From the NCBI GenBank assembly GCA_964016885.1, contig OZ024742.1, positions 155,992,001 through 156,056,000 of the forward strand: DNA of 64,000 nucleotides, read 5' to 3'. This document shows positions 1-14,423 of this stretch, one piece after another. Numbering within the stretch: position 1 is the stretch's first letter; the number at the start of each line of letters is the position of its first letter. The notes under the pieces were generated by a model that worked only from the letters and a program-made list of their open reading frames with translations, was not told the origin of the DNA and did not search any database. The DNA comes from Eledone cirrhosa. Lineage: Eukaryota. The position numbers and the translations under genes were made by a program.

Positions 1-2669
1 GTTGTGTAGTAGTGAATATATGAGCGTATTTGCGCGTTCATTCATGAGTGTTTATTCGCCTAATCGTATGGCATTGAAATTTCTTCCTGTTCTACTTCAT
101 TCTCAGATATAAGCGATTGATTGTATCGGCATAATACAATATACTAGTATTTAGGAGAGAATGAGATTTCATTTTCTGACACGCGCAGATTCTTCAATAG
201 GATATGCAAATTAATATTTGTGAAACGTTCTTCAAAAGTTTACGGCTAGTAACATATTTTATTAGTTTTGCTGGCCGACAAATGGATACTACAAGCACGC
301 TTCATCCGTTCTCAACTCAATTGTATCTATACCTAGCAGATATTCTGATCTCTGCATAATCAATGCTACTCAGCACAAATCACATATAATGCATCATCAC
401 CATCATCACCAACAGAACATTAACCCTTTGGAATCTCAAATTATCTTACTGAACACACTTCCTCAGTTGCTAAGCTATATATTCTTTGCAGTGCAATGGT
501 TCTCTGCTCAATGACAGATAAGTAGATAGCCCAGATTATCCTCGTAGACATGTCTCCCCAAACACATCACCTGCACCATATTTTAAAACTTATTTACAAT
601 AAGCTTGGCCAAAAATCTCTCCATCTCTCTTAATTTTAGAAAATAAAGAAATACTTGAAACCGGTAAATTTATTGTAAATAAACATTTTAATGACGCCAA
701 TTGCATATTCAAGTTCTTTTTATTACACACACTCACACATCCACGTATACACACACACGCATACACACGCTCATATATGAGTATATATATATATATATAT
801 ATATAGGTGTGTGTGTGTATATGTATGTGTCTGTGTGTATTTATGTTTATAGCCGTGTGTGTGTGCCTGTGCATGGTAATGATCGATATGAGTATGGGAA
901 TGTTTGTTAAAATGAGAGCATTTACAGGCATTAATTTTTTATTCAGTGTATTTGGTGCTTGGTAAACAACAACAATATTCATTAAAAATAACAAGAAATG
1001 AATACAACTATTCTGTGGAAATCAAATAAACTAATAAAGTTGAAATATGTTTAGATTTAATTTAATTTGGTTAATTCTATGCTGCATGGTTTCCTCAAGC
1101 CTCCCGGTACGAAGTTGCAATAAAATTGGCGACTACTTTCAGGTGTAAATCCTCCAAATATTTCATTGCCATGTATATTCTGTTTTATTCCTAAAAAAGA
1201 ATCCGATTTCTGCCGGGCGATATAGTGAAAAACCACCAATGAGATAAAATGCCAATACTTTGACATTTTAATTGACAGACGTTAATCTCCTGTTTGACTT
1301 TTCGTATTTCTTGGAGTAAATTAAGTTTATAAGGGAATCAACCGGGAATTAATGACATAAATCCCCAAACTTACATAATATAAACTCAACGTGTTACAAA
1401 CAGTACCCACTGTTTATGTTACTTCATTACGCATCAAAATAGGTGGAAGTATGTATTATGTGGATACTATTTCAGCAGTGCGTCATATAAAAGTGATAGA
1501 ATTTTTCGTTTCAGTTTGTCCTCCATGAAAGGGATGAAACCCTAACACTGAGTGTATGAGTGTATGTATGTATATATGTATGTATATATGTATGTATATA
1601 TGTATATATGTATCTATATGTGGGTACGTGAGTGTATCTCTAGCTGAATACATATCTACTAACCTTGTGGTGCTATAAACACTGCCTATTAGACAATATA
1701 TCGGTTTATCATCATCATTCAACCCTCTGAAACGGTCGTAAAACAATGAACTAATTAACCCCTATCTTCAAGTTTTGTATTATTTTCATTGTTCAAAAAT
1801 TATATATATATATACAATACATATATATATATATATATAAATACATATGTGCAGGTGTGTGTATGTGTGTGTGAGTGTGTGGTTGTGTGTGTGTGTGGGG
1901 GGGGGGGGTCGTGAGCGCGCGTATGTATAACCGAGGAGAAATGCGTGATTTGCTTCCTTGCAGGTGACCCTCTATATATTTCCGTCCCCAGTGGTAATTT
2001 ACCAGAATTTCACAGATATTAAATATAATGATCGAATATTTTATTGTCATTTACGCTGGGACAACAGCATTTAAAATGTCATACAAAAGCACACACTTAC
2101 ACATATAAATAGCACCTTGGATTATAATGATTTTCTTTATACAGACTTGTCATTTCATAAAATAGTGATGCTTTACAATTATATTTAACAACATATGAAT
2201 TAATTTACTTATGGAGTAAATTGACATAACCCCAATATGTTTTCGATATAACAATTAAAATAAATTAGTATGCTTTCGTCATACTGTTGTAGAAAGTTAG
2301 CATTCTGTTTGTAGCATTCCACTATAATTTTTCGCAATGACATTTCAGATTCAAATTTTTGTCCTTATGGATATAAGTAGGAATAGCATTGAAATAAAAT
2401 GCTGTGCTTTCATATAATAGAAGCGAAATATATTCGAATTATTGACAACAGAGAATAGAATATACACACAACGTATTTAATATATTTCTAAAAATGAATA
2501 TTCACTAATGATATTTCTACCAGAAGCAATCCTTAATATTCACCTATTTCTATGCAGCGCATTTATGTTTTTCCTTTGTTAGAGGTTGCTTTGTACAACA
2601 AACTCCAGGAAAGAAGAAAGTATTCAGTTCTTATACAGTAAAATATTTCAAAAAGACATCTGAAATAAC

Positions 2670-2840
2670 GATTTCTAATTTAGGAACAACACGAACAACA
2701 TTTGGTGAGGAGAATGGTCGTTTACATTAATCCCAACATTGACTGGTACATTATTTTATCGACCCGGAAGGATATATACAATGTTTCCGTCGGCGTGATT
2801 TGAACATAAAAAGCCAGAACAACAACCGTAATTATGTTGT
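2670..2840 (-). mobile_element. degenerate tRNA-type SINE copy
   Basis: Contains the reverse-complement SINE core actggtacattattttatcgacccggaagg shared with the better copies at 10195, 12531 and 22808. Confidence 0.5.
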
Positions 2841-3556
2841 ATTCTCATCTCTACAAATTCCATCAACACATCTTAATTAAAACTGTTAACATGAGATGGT
2901 GTTAGTATTTCAAAATATCTAAAAAATGTTCATTTGTGAGATTGAATGTGCCACAAATTTGCCCCACAGAACAGTCACGTACAAAAGAAAGATTTGGGTT
3001 ACACTAAATCATCAATGATTTATTACCGAAGTCACATTATCCTTATCTATATCTGCCTGGTAGGAGTTAATCATTATGAAACGAGCCATGTTCGAATAGA
3101 ACCAAAGGACAAGAAATGTTTCGACGGTGGCCTGTGATAGCTTTTACGTCCACTCATCTTCAAAAGTGTATTTCAAATTCCAGTGCCAATGTTTTATTTA
3201 AATGCAAAGCAGGGTTTTCAGAAAAAAAAATTCTTTCAAACGGCATCCTTTTCCACTGACTGAATTACTTGTAATATTGCCGTGTGATTATTCATCAAAT
3301 AGCAAGGAAAACCGATGATGTGTTGCGGCTTTAACGAAACACTTTTTCATTTCAAGTTAACGGCCATGCAAAGTACAGAGAAGTTTCAACGAAAAGAACG
3401 AACTGCGCTGTTAAGTTTCACGATATAAAATTGATACATGGAAAGAAAGTATAAATGGTGGTATTCTATAAAGTATATACATCTTAAAAGAAAAATGTAC
3501 ATATCACACACACATCAGCACACACACATCAGCACACACACACACACACGCACACA

Positions 3557-3604
<48 letters not shown>

Positions 3605-3610
3605 AATACA

Positions 3611-3655
<45 letters not shown>

Positions 3656-4100
3656 AAACTAAATCGAAAGAAGACGTCAATAAAAAGAAAATTTAAATGC
3701 AAATGTAGATGCGACTTAATGTAGTGTGGAAACATTAAAGATAGGGGGAAATGAAATACAAAACGAAAAAATAGGAACAGTTCTCGTGATGTTTTCAGAA
3801 TAAAAATAATCTACTTAAGTCAGTTTATTCAAACCATATAAACAGTCAATTTCCGGAACGTAAAAAGAAACGAAAGCCATCTTCACAGGTGAAGTATTGA
3901 ATATGCTTCTATTCGACGATAATCAGCAATAACAGAATTCCTTATTATAAAGTAGGATCGATTTCAATGAGAGGAATGATAACTGTTGTGACTTGAATGT
4001 CATTAACATGTGTTAATATGCAAATCCGTGAGTTTTGATTTCTTGCGAAATGTATAGAGATTTGTGGAATTTCCTCTGAATCATCAATTGTCAGCCCTAG

Positions 4101-4159
<59 letters not shown>

Positions 4160-4929
4160 GTGTGGGAGGGGGTGTACATATATATCAGGGAAATTGGGAG
4201 AACTCGGCGTATGGCTGCTGTTTGAACGGCAAATTTCCATCGAAACGGCGTTGGGTAAAATGTCACCTCGAAGGACAGAGATCAGCGGCTAGATGTGAGT
4301 TGTCTCGAAGGAAGGAAGACGGTAACAGAGGGATGGAGAGGGGGGAAATATAGGGAGCAGTGAGAGATAAATAATGAGTGGGGGATTGCGCGGTGTACAG
4401 AGGTAGACAACTCACATCAAGCGTGCTATCAATCCGCGTAAGAAGGCAAGGTAGCTTTTGAAGGAATAAACACATTTTTCCTGGGATTCCTATACACTCG
4501 CGTTTCAAAACTCTACTTTCGAGTTAAATAATTTGGTTATATATATATATGCATAAACATATATATATACACACACACCCATGCACACACCTATAGATAT
4601 ATGATAACAATTTCAATTTGAAATTGTTTGGGACAATATTTTCATTGTGCACATAAGTATGTATATTGTTCAAAGTGGCATGGGTTTAGTGCAAGGCCGT
4701 TCATCGCTTAAAAAACACTCAAGCATAATCATTGCTTGATCTAAACCTCTTTTATGTGTGTGGCATGCCTATGACTGACCGTACATGAAAAATGCAAAGC
4801 ACTTAAAAACGATGACCTCAAACAATGATATAGGTACTCGGCAACAAGATGTGAAAGCGTCTGGCTCCTCAGGTGTCTCTACAACCTGAATCCGGTAGTC
4901 ATCCGGCTATTGCCAGATAAAAAAACAAA

Positions 4930-6370
4930 CCCTTTAATATATATTGCTGGAATGTACAGACATTGTTAGATCGTGAATTGACATCATAACGACCTGAAAG
5001 AAGGTCAGCACTTGTGGCGAAAAGTGATTCAACGTTATAACATGGATGTTGTAATTGTGTCTGAAACCAGGTTTGTCGAGGAGGGTTATTTTGAAGAAAG
5101 GTCTAGTAGGCAGACTTTTTATTGTGCTAGAATGTCAGAATGATGCAAAAGAGAGGCTGGAATGTTATTTGCTATCAAAATTCAATTGCTTCCAGACTAA
5201 GTGAGTTTCCCCGTCGCTTCACTGATCAGTGAAGATACTCAAAGGAATAGACCTTTTCTCTTCAATGGAGAGTTTATTGATTCTGTTTTATAGTTCATCT
5301 ACAAATGATATACTAGCAGAAAGTGCATTTTGGAGGAAGTGGAAAAGATCACTGTAAAACATCACTATAATGGAAAATCACCAGCGATGGATGGTGTTTG
5401 TGCTGAGATACTGAAATGTGTAAATCGCAATTATTTTCGAGATCTTACACACCCGAAACGTGTGATTAAGGAATTAGAAAGCGTTCCCGAAGACCGGAAA
5501 GATGCATTGATAGTGATGCCATATAAGAAAAGTGCAAAGAATGATTGTGGTAATTATCGTACGCTAGAGTTACTGTCACTTGTGGGGAAAATCTTGTGTA
5601 TGATCATTCTGGAAGGATGTTAACAACGCTGTTTGATAACATCGCTGGCAGTGTTCTTCCTGAGTCACCATGTAGTTTTAGATGCAGCAGAGCGACAACA
5701 AACATGACATTCTCTGTGAGGCAACTATTGGTCAAGTGCATTGAAAAGGGCATCTATTTGTATCACCTCTTTGTCGACTTCAGAAAGTCTTTTCAATAAG
5801 GTCAATAAAACTGCCAAAAGGAACATTAGGACTACGCACGTTTGTCCTGACAAATTCGTATCAGTTTTGAAGGATTTTTGTGATGGTATGACAGCTTTTA
5901 TGTGGAACATAGGGTAAAACAAGGGGATATACCTGCACCTAAACTGTTTACATTGTATTTCTCTATGGATTTCCTTCTGGAATTTGAGTGCAAACATGAA
6001 ATTTATATTAAGTATCGTTCGACTGGTAAGTTGTTTAACATCAGAAGGCATACAACCAAACAAAACATGTTCCCTTCTTTAATACCCCAATGCTTCTATG
6101 CAGATGATTGTGATCTTATTGCTCATTCACAATGACATGCAAGACCAGATGAATTCCTTTTCGCAGTCATACAGCCCATTGGGTCTGAAAAACAGTCTGA
6201 CCAAGACAGTTGCCATGTATCAATCTGCTCCGGGCAAGATTTTCACTGTATAGCAAAACATTGAAGGTGTATTTTTGTTTTAAGGCAACATTGTTAATAT
6301 GAAAACACGCTTGGTGGTGCAATTTCTTTGCGATTAAAGAAAGCCAATGATTATTTTGGAAAATATGATG
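4930..6370 (+). mobile_element. degraded RTE (BovB-like) LINE, AP-endonuclease and RT remnants
   Basis: Frameshifted motifs NVQTL, VIVSETRF, GKSPAMDG, NYRTLELLSLVGKIL, PESPCSFR, FVDFRKSF, VKQGD..APKLF, FYADD across ORFs 5330-6135. Confidence 0.85.
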
Positions 6371-6977
6371 CGATATCTTACCACCTACGTGCTGGACACT
6401 TCGAACAAGAGGCCCCACTTAATGATACTCTTAAGAAGGACCCTCATTTGATTAATTCTCATCCGATATTGAAGATACCGTTACACCATGTTACGGCAAA
6501 TAGCCCGATTTTATGACAATCACTGTAATATTCCCCTCAACTTGGACACGGCTTACAACAATCATTTTTAATATAGCAATCAGCTGAATTGAAAGGTAGA
6601 AGGCAGCCGTCAGGACAACAATAATTTCCTGACGAACTGCAATAGTGACGTGCAGGATATTGCGTTTCTTTTTTAGAATGTATGCTGGTGGTTAGGAAAT
6701 TTGTTTGTGGATGTGTTCCTACTTAAACTGATATAATTCAGTCATTGTCTTCTGGGAGTCATGTATTTAGTTGGAGTAAGAATAACTAGAAAATGATGCA
6801 TTAGTGTTTGTGCGCATGTATATACATAGATTTTATCTGAAGAACCCGTGAGTACTCAGTTGTAACTCCAGAATAGTACGACTCATCTGTTAACCATGAA
6901 AACTATACTCTTCAAATAAAGAAAATAATGCTACTTCAGTATTGATTAGTAATTCTCACGTCCCTCATTATCACACG

Positions 6978-7200
<223 letters not shown>

Positions 7201-8539
7201 GTTTGAATGAAACCTATATTATATAACAAGTGAGTAACTTGTTACTTCTAACGTTGGCCTTAAATAATCTCAAATTCTGAACTCTATGTCGAGGTTTACG
7301 CGTGTTCTTATAATAGAATTTAAAATCAGTGATGCCCATATGAAATTATTTTTATTGACGTACATATAAACACATAAAATTCTATGTGTACACACATTGT
7401 GATATGAATTTTTGCTAGCAGAATAATCATGAATACTTTCTTAACACCAGATATGATTACTGAAGAGAATATGTTTTATCCAACTGTTATAGTCTCGTTG
7501 CCACTAATAAATAGTACATGTTAAAGGCTATGCTTGAAATCAAACCATACAGCCTTAAAAATATGGTTAAAAAAAAGAATTGTTAATAATGTCATAAATG
7601 CTTTATCCATGTCTGTATCCTCGGATTTCTTTTCAGGCTAAACAACAAAATTGTGCCAGACTGCATTATCAAATATAAAAGTCACTGCCGAGAATTCCTG
7701 TACAGTTAGGATGGTATAATTTTCTAGTTGTTATATTAAAAATAGAGATAAATGTTATTTAGAATAATATGGTCAAGCAATATATATGAAAAAAAAAAAC
7801 TGTTGAAATCAATGTAATAGATGATAGCTTTTGTTTCTAAATATTAGAATGATACACTATAAAAGACAAAATGGAATAAAAATAATTTCCTAATTAAATT
7901 CATGTCAAATTCCAAAAATATCAGAAACGGTTGCAATATAGAATTCTAACGTAATTATACTAATGATAATAACAATTATGAGGAAGAAGTCAATGGATTA
8001 AGTAACACCAAGCAACTATATGTATATGTTTATGTGTTTGTGTGTGTGGCGATGTTAATTGGATCTTGTAACGACAGTTGACAGTGATTACCGCTAAAAG
8101 CCGAATAATCAGATTTTTTTTTTTTACTTCTATGTTACTATACTGTATAATAAATGATTAAGGTTATCCAATAATTGAATTTTTAGCTTAAATTGTAGCA
8201 GTAACAATTTCCAAGTAAATGTCATTGAAATGAAATCACGACAAAGTTATTTTATCGTAAATATAGACACGAATTAAATATATAGAAACAAACAGCAATA
8301 TAAAACGCAAATAAACAAAATATGTTAACGTATTCTGAATTATATATATTTTCAACAAACACTATTTAATCACTGCTGGTCAACAATAAAAGCAGACATT
8401 ATGTAAATTGTAAAATATGGAAAGATTATTAGTTATGTCTTCGGATAGAGATACACTCACGTACACATATGCATACCCACAGACAGCCCCCCCCCCCCAT
8501 ATATATATATATATAGATGCACACGCACACACACACACA

Positions 8540-8755
<216 letters not shown>

Positions 8756-8762
8756 CTTTTCC

Positions 8763-8852
<90 letters not shown>

Positions 8853-8974
8853 AGTGTGTGTGTGTGTGTGTGTGCATACCTCAGAGTGTATTTGTCTTCT
8901 AAGAATTAGAATGCGATATTGCATTATATGAATTATGATTTGGACTGTCATATACGAGGTGTAGAGTAAAGATC

Positions 8975-9260
8975 CCCTTCGGTCACGAATGACCATGGGA
9001 TTTGCACCATGAATGTTTCCCTCCAAGGCAGAAGTCTGAGCAAGTTTGTTTGTGTGAGACTAGCAGTCGCCCATGCATACCAGTCTCTCCTCTCAACGCC
9101 ACCAAGGGAAAAGCAAATGCCGATACAGCTTCGCACCAGTGATTTCGCAAATCACCTTAACAGGTGATTAAACTGGAGCATCGTGCAATAAAGTGTCTTG
9201 CTCAAGGATACAGCGCATCAACCTGTCCGGGAATCGAACTCACAAACTTCACGAGTTATT
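8975..9260 (-). mobile_element. second SINE family (tRNA-head type)
   Basis: aagtgtcttgctcaaggatacagcgca...ccgggaatcgaactc reads as B-box GTTCGATTCC plus a SINE core on the minus strand. Confidence 0.55.
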
Positions 9261-9524
9261 GGTACAGATTTTCCTATGTACAGCATGGTAACATAGCTTC
9301 TTGTGGATGTATATAGGCATGTTTGGTGTGATTTTGGCTGCTTGTACAAACTTGTTTGTACAATTGAGTCTGTCGCAAGTTATTTCTCTTTATGTAGATG
9401 CGTGTTGATAAATCTTGTTTCATTTGCAATACTGGAAAATATCGCACAACTGTCCGCAATAACATATTATGAGAAACTCAACAAATGTGACACAAAAACA
9501 TTTAATTGTAAGTAGCACAGAACG

Positions 9525-9600
9525 TTCAAATTGAACCGAGAAAATGTTGAAGACGAACATCTTTCTGAAAGGCCAATACCGTCAACAAATTATTACCTCC
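9525..9600 (+). mobile_element. short mariner-like transposase remnant
   Basis: Translates FKLNRENVEDEHLSERPI, resembling the mariner linker F.xG.xxxED..RSGRP. Confidence 0.4.
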
Positions 9601-10194
9601 AGAACAGACAAATAATCGCATATTCTTCAAAGATGTCTTGAAAGGACATTGCAGGAGATTGGGTTGTGCACAACCATAACAAGCTTTCCTGTTCAGCACT
9701 TTCAATTAGAGAACTTATGACAAATTAAAGCATTCCCAATCATGGGACCCAGATCTAGCTCCATGTCATGTCTAGTTCTTCTCTTATTTGAAATGGGGTC
9801 GAAAAGTCATCATGTTGTTACTGTGAAATATGCTAAATAATTGTAATCAACGAACTTAGAACACTCGCAGAATATGAATTCTGGTAAAGTTACGATCAGA
9901 GGAAAAACGGGGAAACCATTGTAACTTGCCAGAGGTTGCATTTCTAATATATATTTGTATAAAATAACAGTACTTTTACTTTTGAAACAAATCTCGTATT
10001 GATAATTTGCTTACCATTGATACATTATTCATCAATGATAAACTATATCAAAACCTGCTTAGATAACTGCTATATAACTTTTCCGCAATATATATACATG
10101 CCTATATACGTACAAACATATGTATATATACATACAAAAGTATATAATTTTGAATAATTATTTCTCTTTAATTGTAAGTTTCCATCCTTTAGTA

Positions 10195-10385
10195 AAATAA
10201 CTGTTTCTACTTTTGGCACAAGGCCAGCAATTATACCAGTGTATTACTGGTACTTTATTTTATCGACCCCGTATGGATGAAAGGCAGAGTTGACCTCGAC
10301 TTGATTTGAACTCAGACAGCAAAGGGACGTAACTATGCTAGAAAGCATGTCGTCCGACCATCTACCGATACTGCCAATCCACCAA
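10195..10385 (-). mobile_element. tRNA-type SINE (main family)
   Basis: Minus strand reads A-box-like tggcagtatcggtaga, B-box gagttcaaatc, core gcctttcatccatacggggtcgataaaataaagtaccag, tail gtgccaaaagtagaaac. Confidence 0.85.
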
Positions 10386-10503
10386 AATAATGATGTTTTT
10401 TGTTTATGAATATCGTACAACAAAACACACACACACACTCTCAATAAGCGTGAACATAATACCTTTCGTAACATGTACTCATGTGTTGTTGTTTTTTGCT
10501 TTC

Positions 10504-10579
<76 letters not shown>

Positions 10580-10643
10580 TGCGGGGAAATTTATCTCTAA
10601 AAAAATACCTTTGTGAGAGCGACGTAATGAAAAACCGTTTGTT

Positions 10644-10714
10644 TTCACCCCATGCTCGAGATTTACGGAAGCATGCAGAAACAGTCCGACAGACAGACAC
10701 AAGCATACACAAGC

Positions 10715-10784
<70 letters not shown>

Positions 10785-10875
10785 ATATGTGTGTGTGTAT
10801 GTGTGTGTGTGTATGCTTGTGTCTGTCTGTCGGACTGTTTCTGCATGCTTCCGTAAATCTCGAGCATGGGGTGAA
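10644..10875. repeat. near-perfect ~68 bp inverted repeat with (TA)n/(TG)n spacer
   Basis: 10644-10711 is the reverse complement of 10808-10875. Confidence 0.9.
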
Positions 10876-12458
10876 TATATATATATGCAAAATATTGTTG
10901 TATCTGATTGAGACGAAATGAGAGTGTATTTAAATACATATAAAAATGAGAAAACTCAACTCTAGAACATCCGTTACAGCAGCCAAATGCTCTCAATGAG
11001 AGCGACATATATTGGGGTTGTATGCGTGCATGGGTGTTTGCGTTACCATTGCACAAATACGGCATGAAGGTCTTGTATATACATACTTTCTTGCATACAG
11101 ACATATGTGTATCCATCTACACACACACACACACGCCCAAATCTCTCTCTGTCTTTATATATATATTCACTGGATTCTAAGTCGGAAAGATAGCGAAATC
11201 TATTATTTAGTTATTCCACTCTCTTTCATCATGTTGCCATTCATCTCTTCCTTCCTACTATTATTAATATGAATTATGTTTTTAATCCATAAAGACTCAA
11301 TATACGTCATATCGCTTCAGTTCACATATTTTATTGCTTTACGTTTTGTATGTTAAATGTAGAAATATATAATCATATTTCATTTCGATAGCTTTAATGC
11401 CTTTCTTTTTTACGCATTCCTCGGTCAATACTTTCTTTGATAGGGAAATATGGATGACTTTTAGTGATATGCCAGTAATCTTATCTTGCTATTGCTTTTG
11501 TCATAGCCTATCAGTTTCAGTTCTTTTAGATTGAGCTTTTTGGAAGTAAACAAAAGGTAAAAAAAATGCATAAGAAAGAAAAATCACTTTGTCTCTTCTG
11601 ACATTTACCTACGATTAATTTCTGTGATTTGATCCGTAAAAGACGACAGAATCCTCGACGAAATGTACCCAGATACGATAGTAAACTGAAAACAAAATAG
11701 AAAGAAAATACAGAAATATTTTTTATTACTCGGTAAAACGAGAATCTTTCTGGAAATTGTGACTTCAGGTTAAATAAATGATATAGTTTCTCTTTGGAAT
11801 GATGAGCTTTTAAAGGGAAAAGGTTTCATCCTCTGCGGGACACCAGAATTATCTGTAATGTAAAATAGATTTTAAATCAGAAAATTCTAGTGAGCTCCAA
11901 AATACATTTCAAGACGTCCAAATAAATGTATCATGTGAGCAAAAGTGAGTGTGACTGCTTATATTTTCAGAATTGCGTGATAGCGAATATTCGATTTTAC
12001 GCATTCTTAGTTGTTCACAATACGGGTCTGAATTGAATTTAGACGCATGACTACATGTATATGTGGTTTAATCTAGAATTATGGTAAAAATCACATTTCT
12101 TTAAAAAAAAACATTTACTTAAAATGCATCGCATTAATCCAGGTATATCTCATTCAAATTACACCTATCCTACTTCAGAATAAACACTACATTGGAGGAT
12201 ATATCATACACTATGGATAAGAAAAGGATAGGATCATCATGGCTTGAATCCTTCAAATCACAGATTTGTTTTATCGAGAACGATCCCATTGCTCAAATAT
12301 ATAATATATTTCAAATTAATATTTCTTCCCTTTTCCTCACTTTATTTTGTTTAATTCCAAACACACTCGAAAAACATTTATTTCCCTCCCAAAACAACAA
12401 GTGCCTAGAAAAACCTTCTAACCCATGTATTGTTTTCCAAAATAAGTCAATATTCATG

Positions 12459-12820
12459 CGATGGTCGGCTGAAAAGTCCATAGGCTGTGCATGAAGGAAT
12501 GAATTTTGCATGTTAATTTTAATTCTTCTTAATAATTGTTTCTACTTTTGTCACAAGGCCAGCAATTTACCCAGTGCATTACTGGTATTTTATTTTATCG
12601 ACCCCGAAAGGATGAAAGGCAAAGTTAACCTCAGCGGGTTTTGAACTCAGATTATAAAGGTGAGTAACTCTATGCTGCAAAGCATGGTGTCCGACGCTCT
12701 ACCGATACTGCCAATCAATAACTGCATTGTTCCTCCTTTCCAGGGACTGTGTTGCAAAATAAACCTCAGTTGGTCATTCCATAAGAGTAACTTGGTCATT
12801 CTATGAACTTTTCAGCTGAC
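12459..12820. mobile_element. mariner-type MITE interrupted by a SINE
   Basis: TIRs gtcggctgaaaagtccatag (~12464) and ctatgaacttttcagctgac (12801-12820). Confidence 0.6.
12531..12720 (-). mobile_element. tRNA-type SINE (main family)
   Basis: Full-length match to the copy at 10195-10385. Confidence 0.85.
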
Positions 12821-13119
12821 AATTCTATGTCAAAATTGAATATAAAATATATGTTTGTCTTAGCAGTCTTCAAAAGAATTTAAATTCCAAAAGCAGCCAA
12901 GCATTATATTGCCAAATGTAAAAATCCAAATTAATGTTTAGGACCATGATCCTCATGTTCATTTAACGATGAACTATATGTACTGTATATTTCGGAATGT
13001 TTTAAAATCAGTCGGTGTTGTTTAGAATCATGTAGCAGATTCATAAACTTTAAGGTATAGAATATTTTTTTTATTTTAATTGGAAATCAGAATATATTTA
13101 TCTCTACTCTTCATGAAAA

Positions 13120-13197
<78 letters not shown>

Positions 13198-13632
13198 ATA
13201 TACATATATATAGTTATATAATAAACAACATAAGACAATTATTTCATTTACCAATGGTTTCTTGAAGACAGATATTTATGTCTGTCTTCATTCATCAGAA
13301 AAAAATAATTATTATGGTATACTGATATGGATATAAAAACAGAGTTTAAGATAAATGAAAGTGAGTCTGAAATTAAATAACTGGCAGAAATTGAGGTGAA
13401 AAAATATAAATGTCCAAATATATAAACATACACATACAGAAACTCACGCATATACGTAATAGTACGTAAACATTCACACATAAGTATATGTGCGTCTACA
13501 TGGACATACAAATACACACATATACGTGCGATCTTTCGCTCACGTATGCACACACACAGGCTCACAATCACACACGAACTCAATAATAAAGTATAAATAT
13601 ATGTATACGCACATCTCTCCATACATACACAT

Positions 13633-13692
<60 letters not shown>

Positions 13693-13704
13693 CCGTTGTT
13701 CGCA

Positions 13705-13770
13705 CCAACCTGAGGCATATGGCCCTTAAAGCGATGAAATGCCGAGGACGGTTGGAGGGTCACTGATGAG
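13705..13770 (+). ncRNA. candidate permuted hammerhead-like ribozyme with k-turn (copy 1)
   Basis: CCAACC-UGA-GGCA-UA-UGGCCCUU-AAAGCGAU-GAAA-UGCC-GAGGAC-GGUUGG-AGGGUCA-CUGAUGA-G; helices covary with the copies at 35.9-37.1 kb. Confidence 0.6.
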
Positions 13771-14348
13771 GACTCACTTTTTCATATGTATCCCATTTGC
13801 AACGCCGCAGCTCCATTATCACCATATTTACACATATACTTTCCATGCTGCCTGTCTGTTTCGTTCCTTGTATCTCTACCACTTTTAGCAGTCTCCTCTC
13901 TGTTACCCTCTCCTCAACTTTCACTCACTCATTCTCTGTCACTACCTCTCCTCCTCCTCTTTCCTCCTCCTCCTTCAAGTTTGACCTGTGTGTAATTCTT
14001 TTCTCGCGCAGTCTTGACCGAGCTGGTAATAATTTTTTTTCTCTCTCTCTTTCGTCTGCGACTTCACAAAACTTGCGTTTACCGAATTCGTAGACCAGTT
14101 TTCGTTCTCTCCCTCTCTCTCTCTTTTTTCCCCCCTGTCGAACTTGGGCGAAATTCTTTCCTTGCTCACATTTCTACCAGGTTCGATGGTCTTTCGTCTC
14201 TTGTTCACGATTTCACAGAGTTTATATTCATAGAGATCTGGGACTTGTCTATTTCTACTCACTTTCCGTTGCTATAACCCTTTTGTTGTTACTCTAATGT
14301 CCCCCTTTATTTACGTGTCCCAACGACTTTTTTTAGCCGTTGTTCGCA

Positions 14349-14414
14349 CCAACCTGAGGCATATGGCCCTTAAAGCGATGAAATGCCGAGGACGGTTGGA
14401 GGGTCACTGATGAG
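14349..14414 (+). ncRNA. candidate permuted hammerhead-like ribozyme (copy 2)
   Basis: Identical to 13705-13770. Confidence 0.6.
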
Positions 14415-14423
14415 GACTCACTT

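Noticed and set aside
4190-4530. Purine-rich block with a 14 bp inverted stem (4292/4405) and GAAACGCG on the minus strand
   Set aside because: No CUGANGA strand found; probably a repeat tail but not assignable
13711-13747. SECIS-like reading UGA...AAA...GA of the family A motif
   Set aside because: UGA is GGA or AGA and the matching GA is AA in the other subfamily; the covariation supports the pseudoknotted stem I instead
13709-13770. Box C/D snoRNA reading (CUGA, UGAUGA)
   Set aside because: The box order is wrong for a terminal C/D motif, box D is not conserved in copies 3-5, and it lies in a mobile repeat
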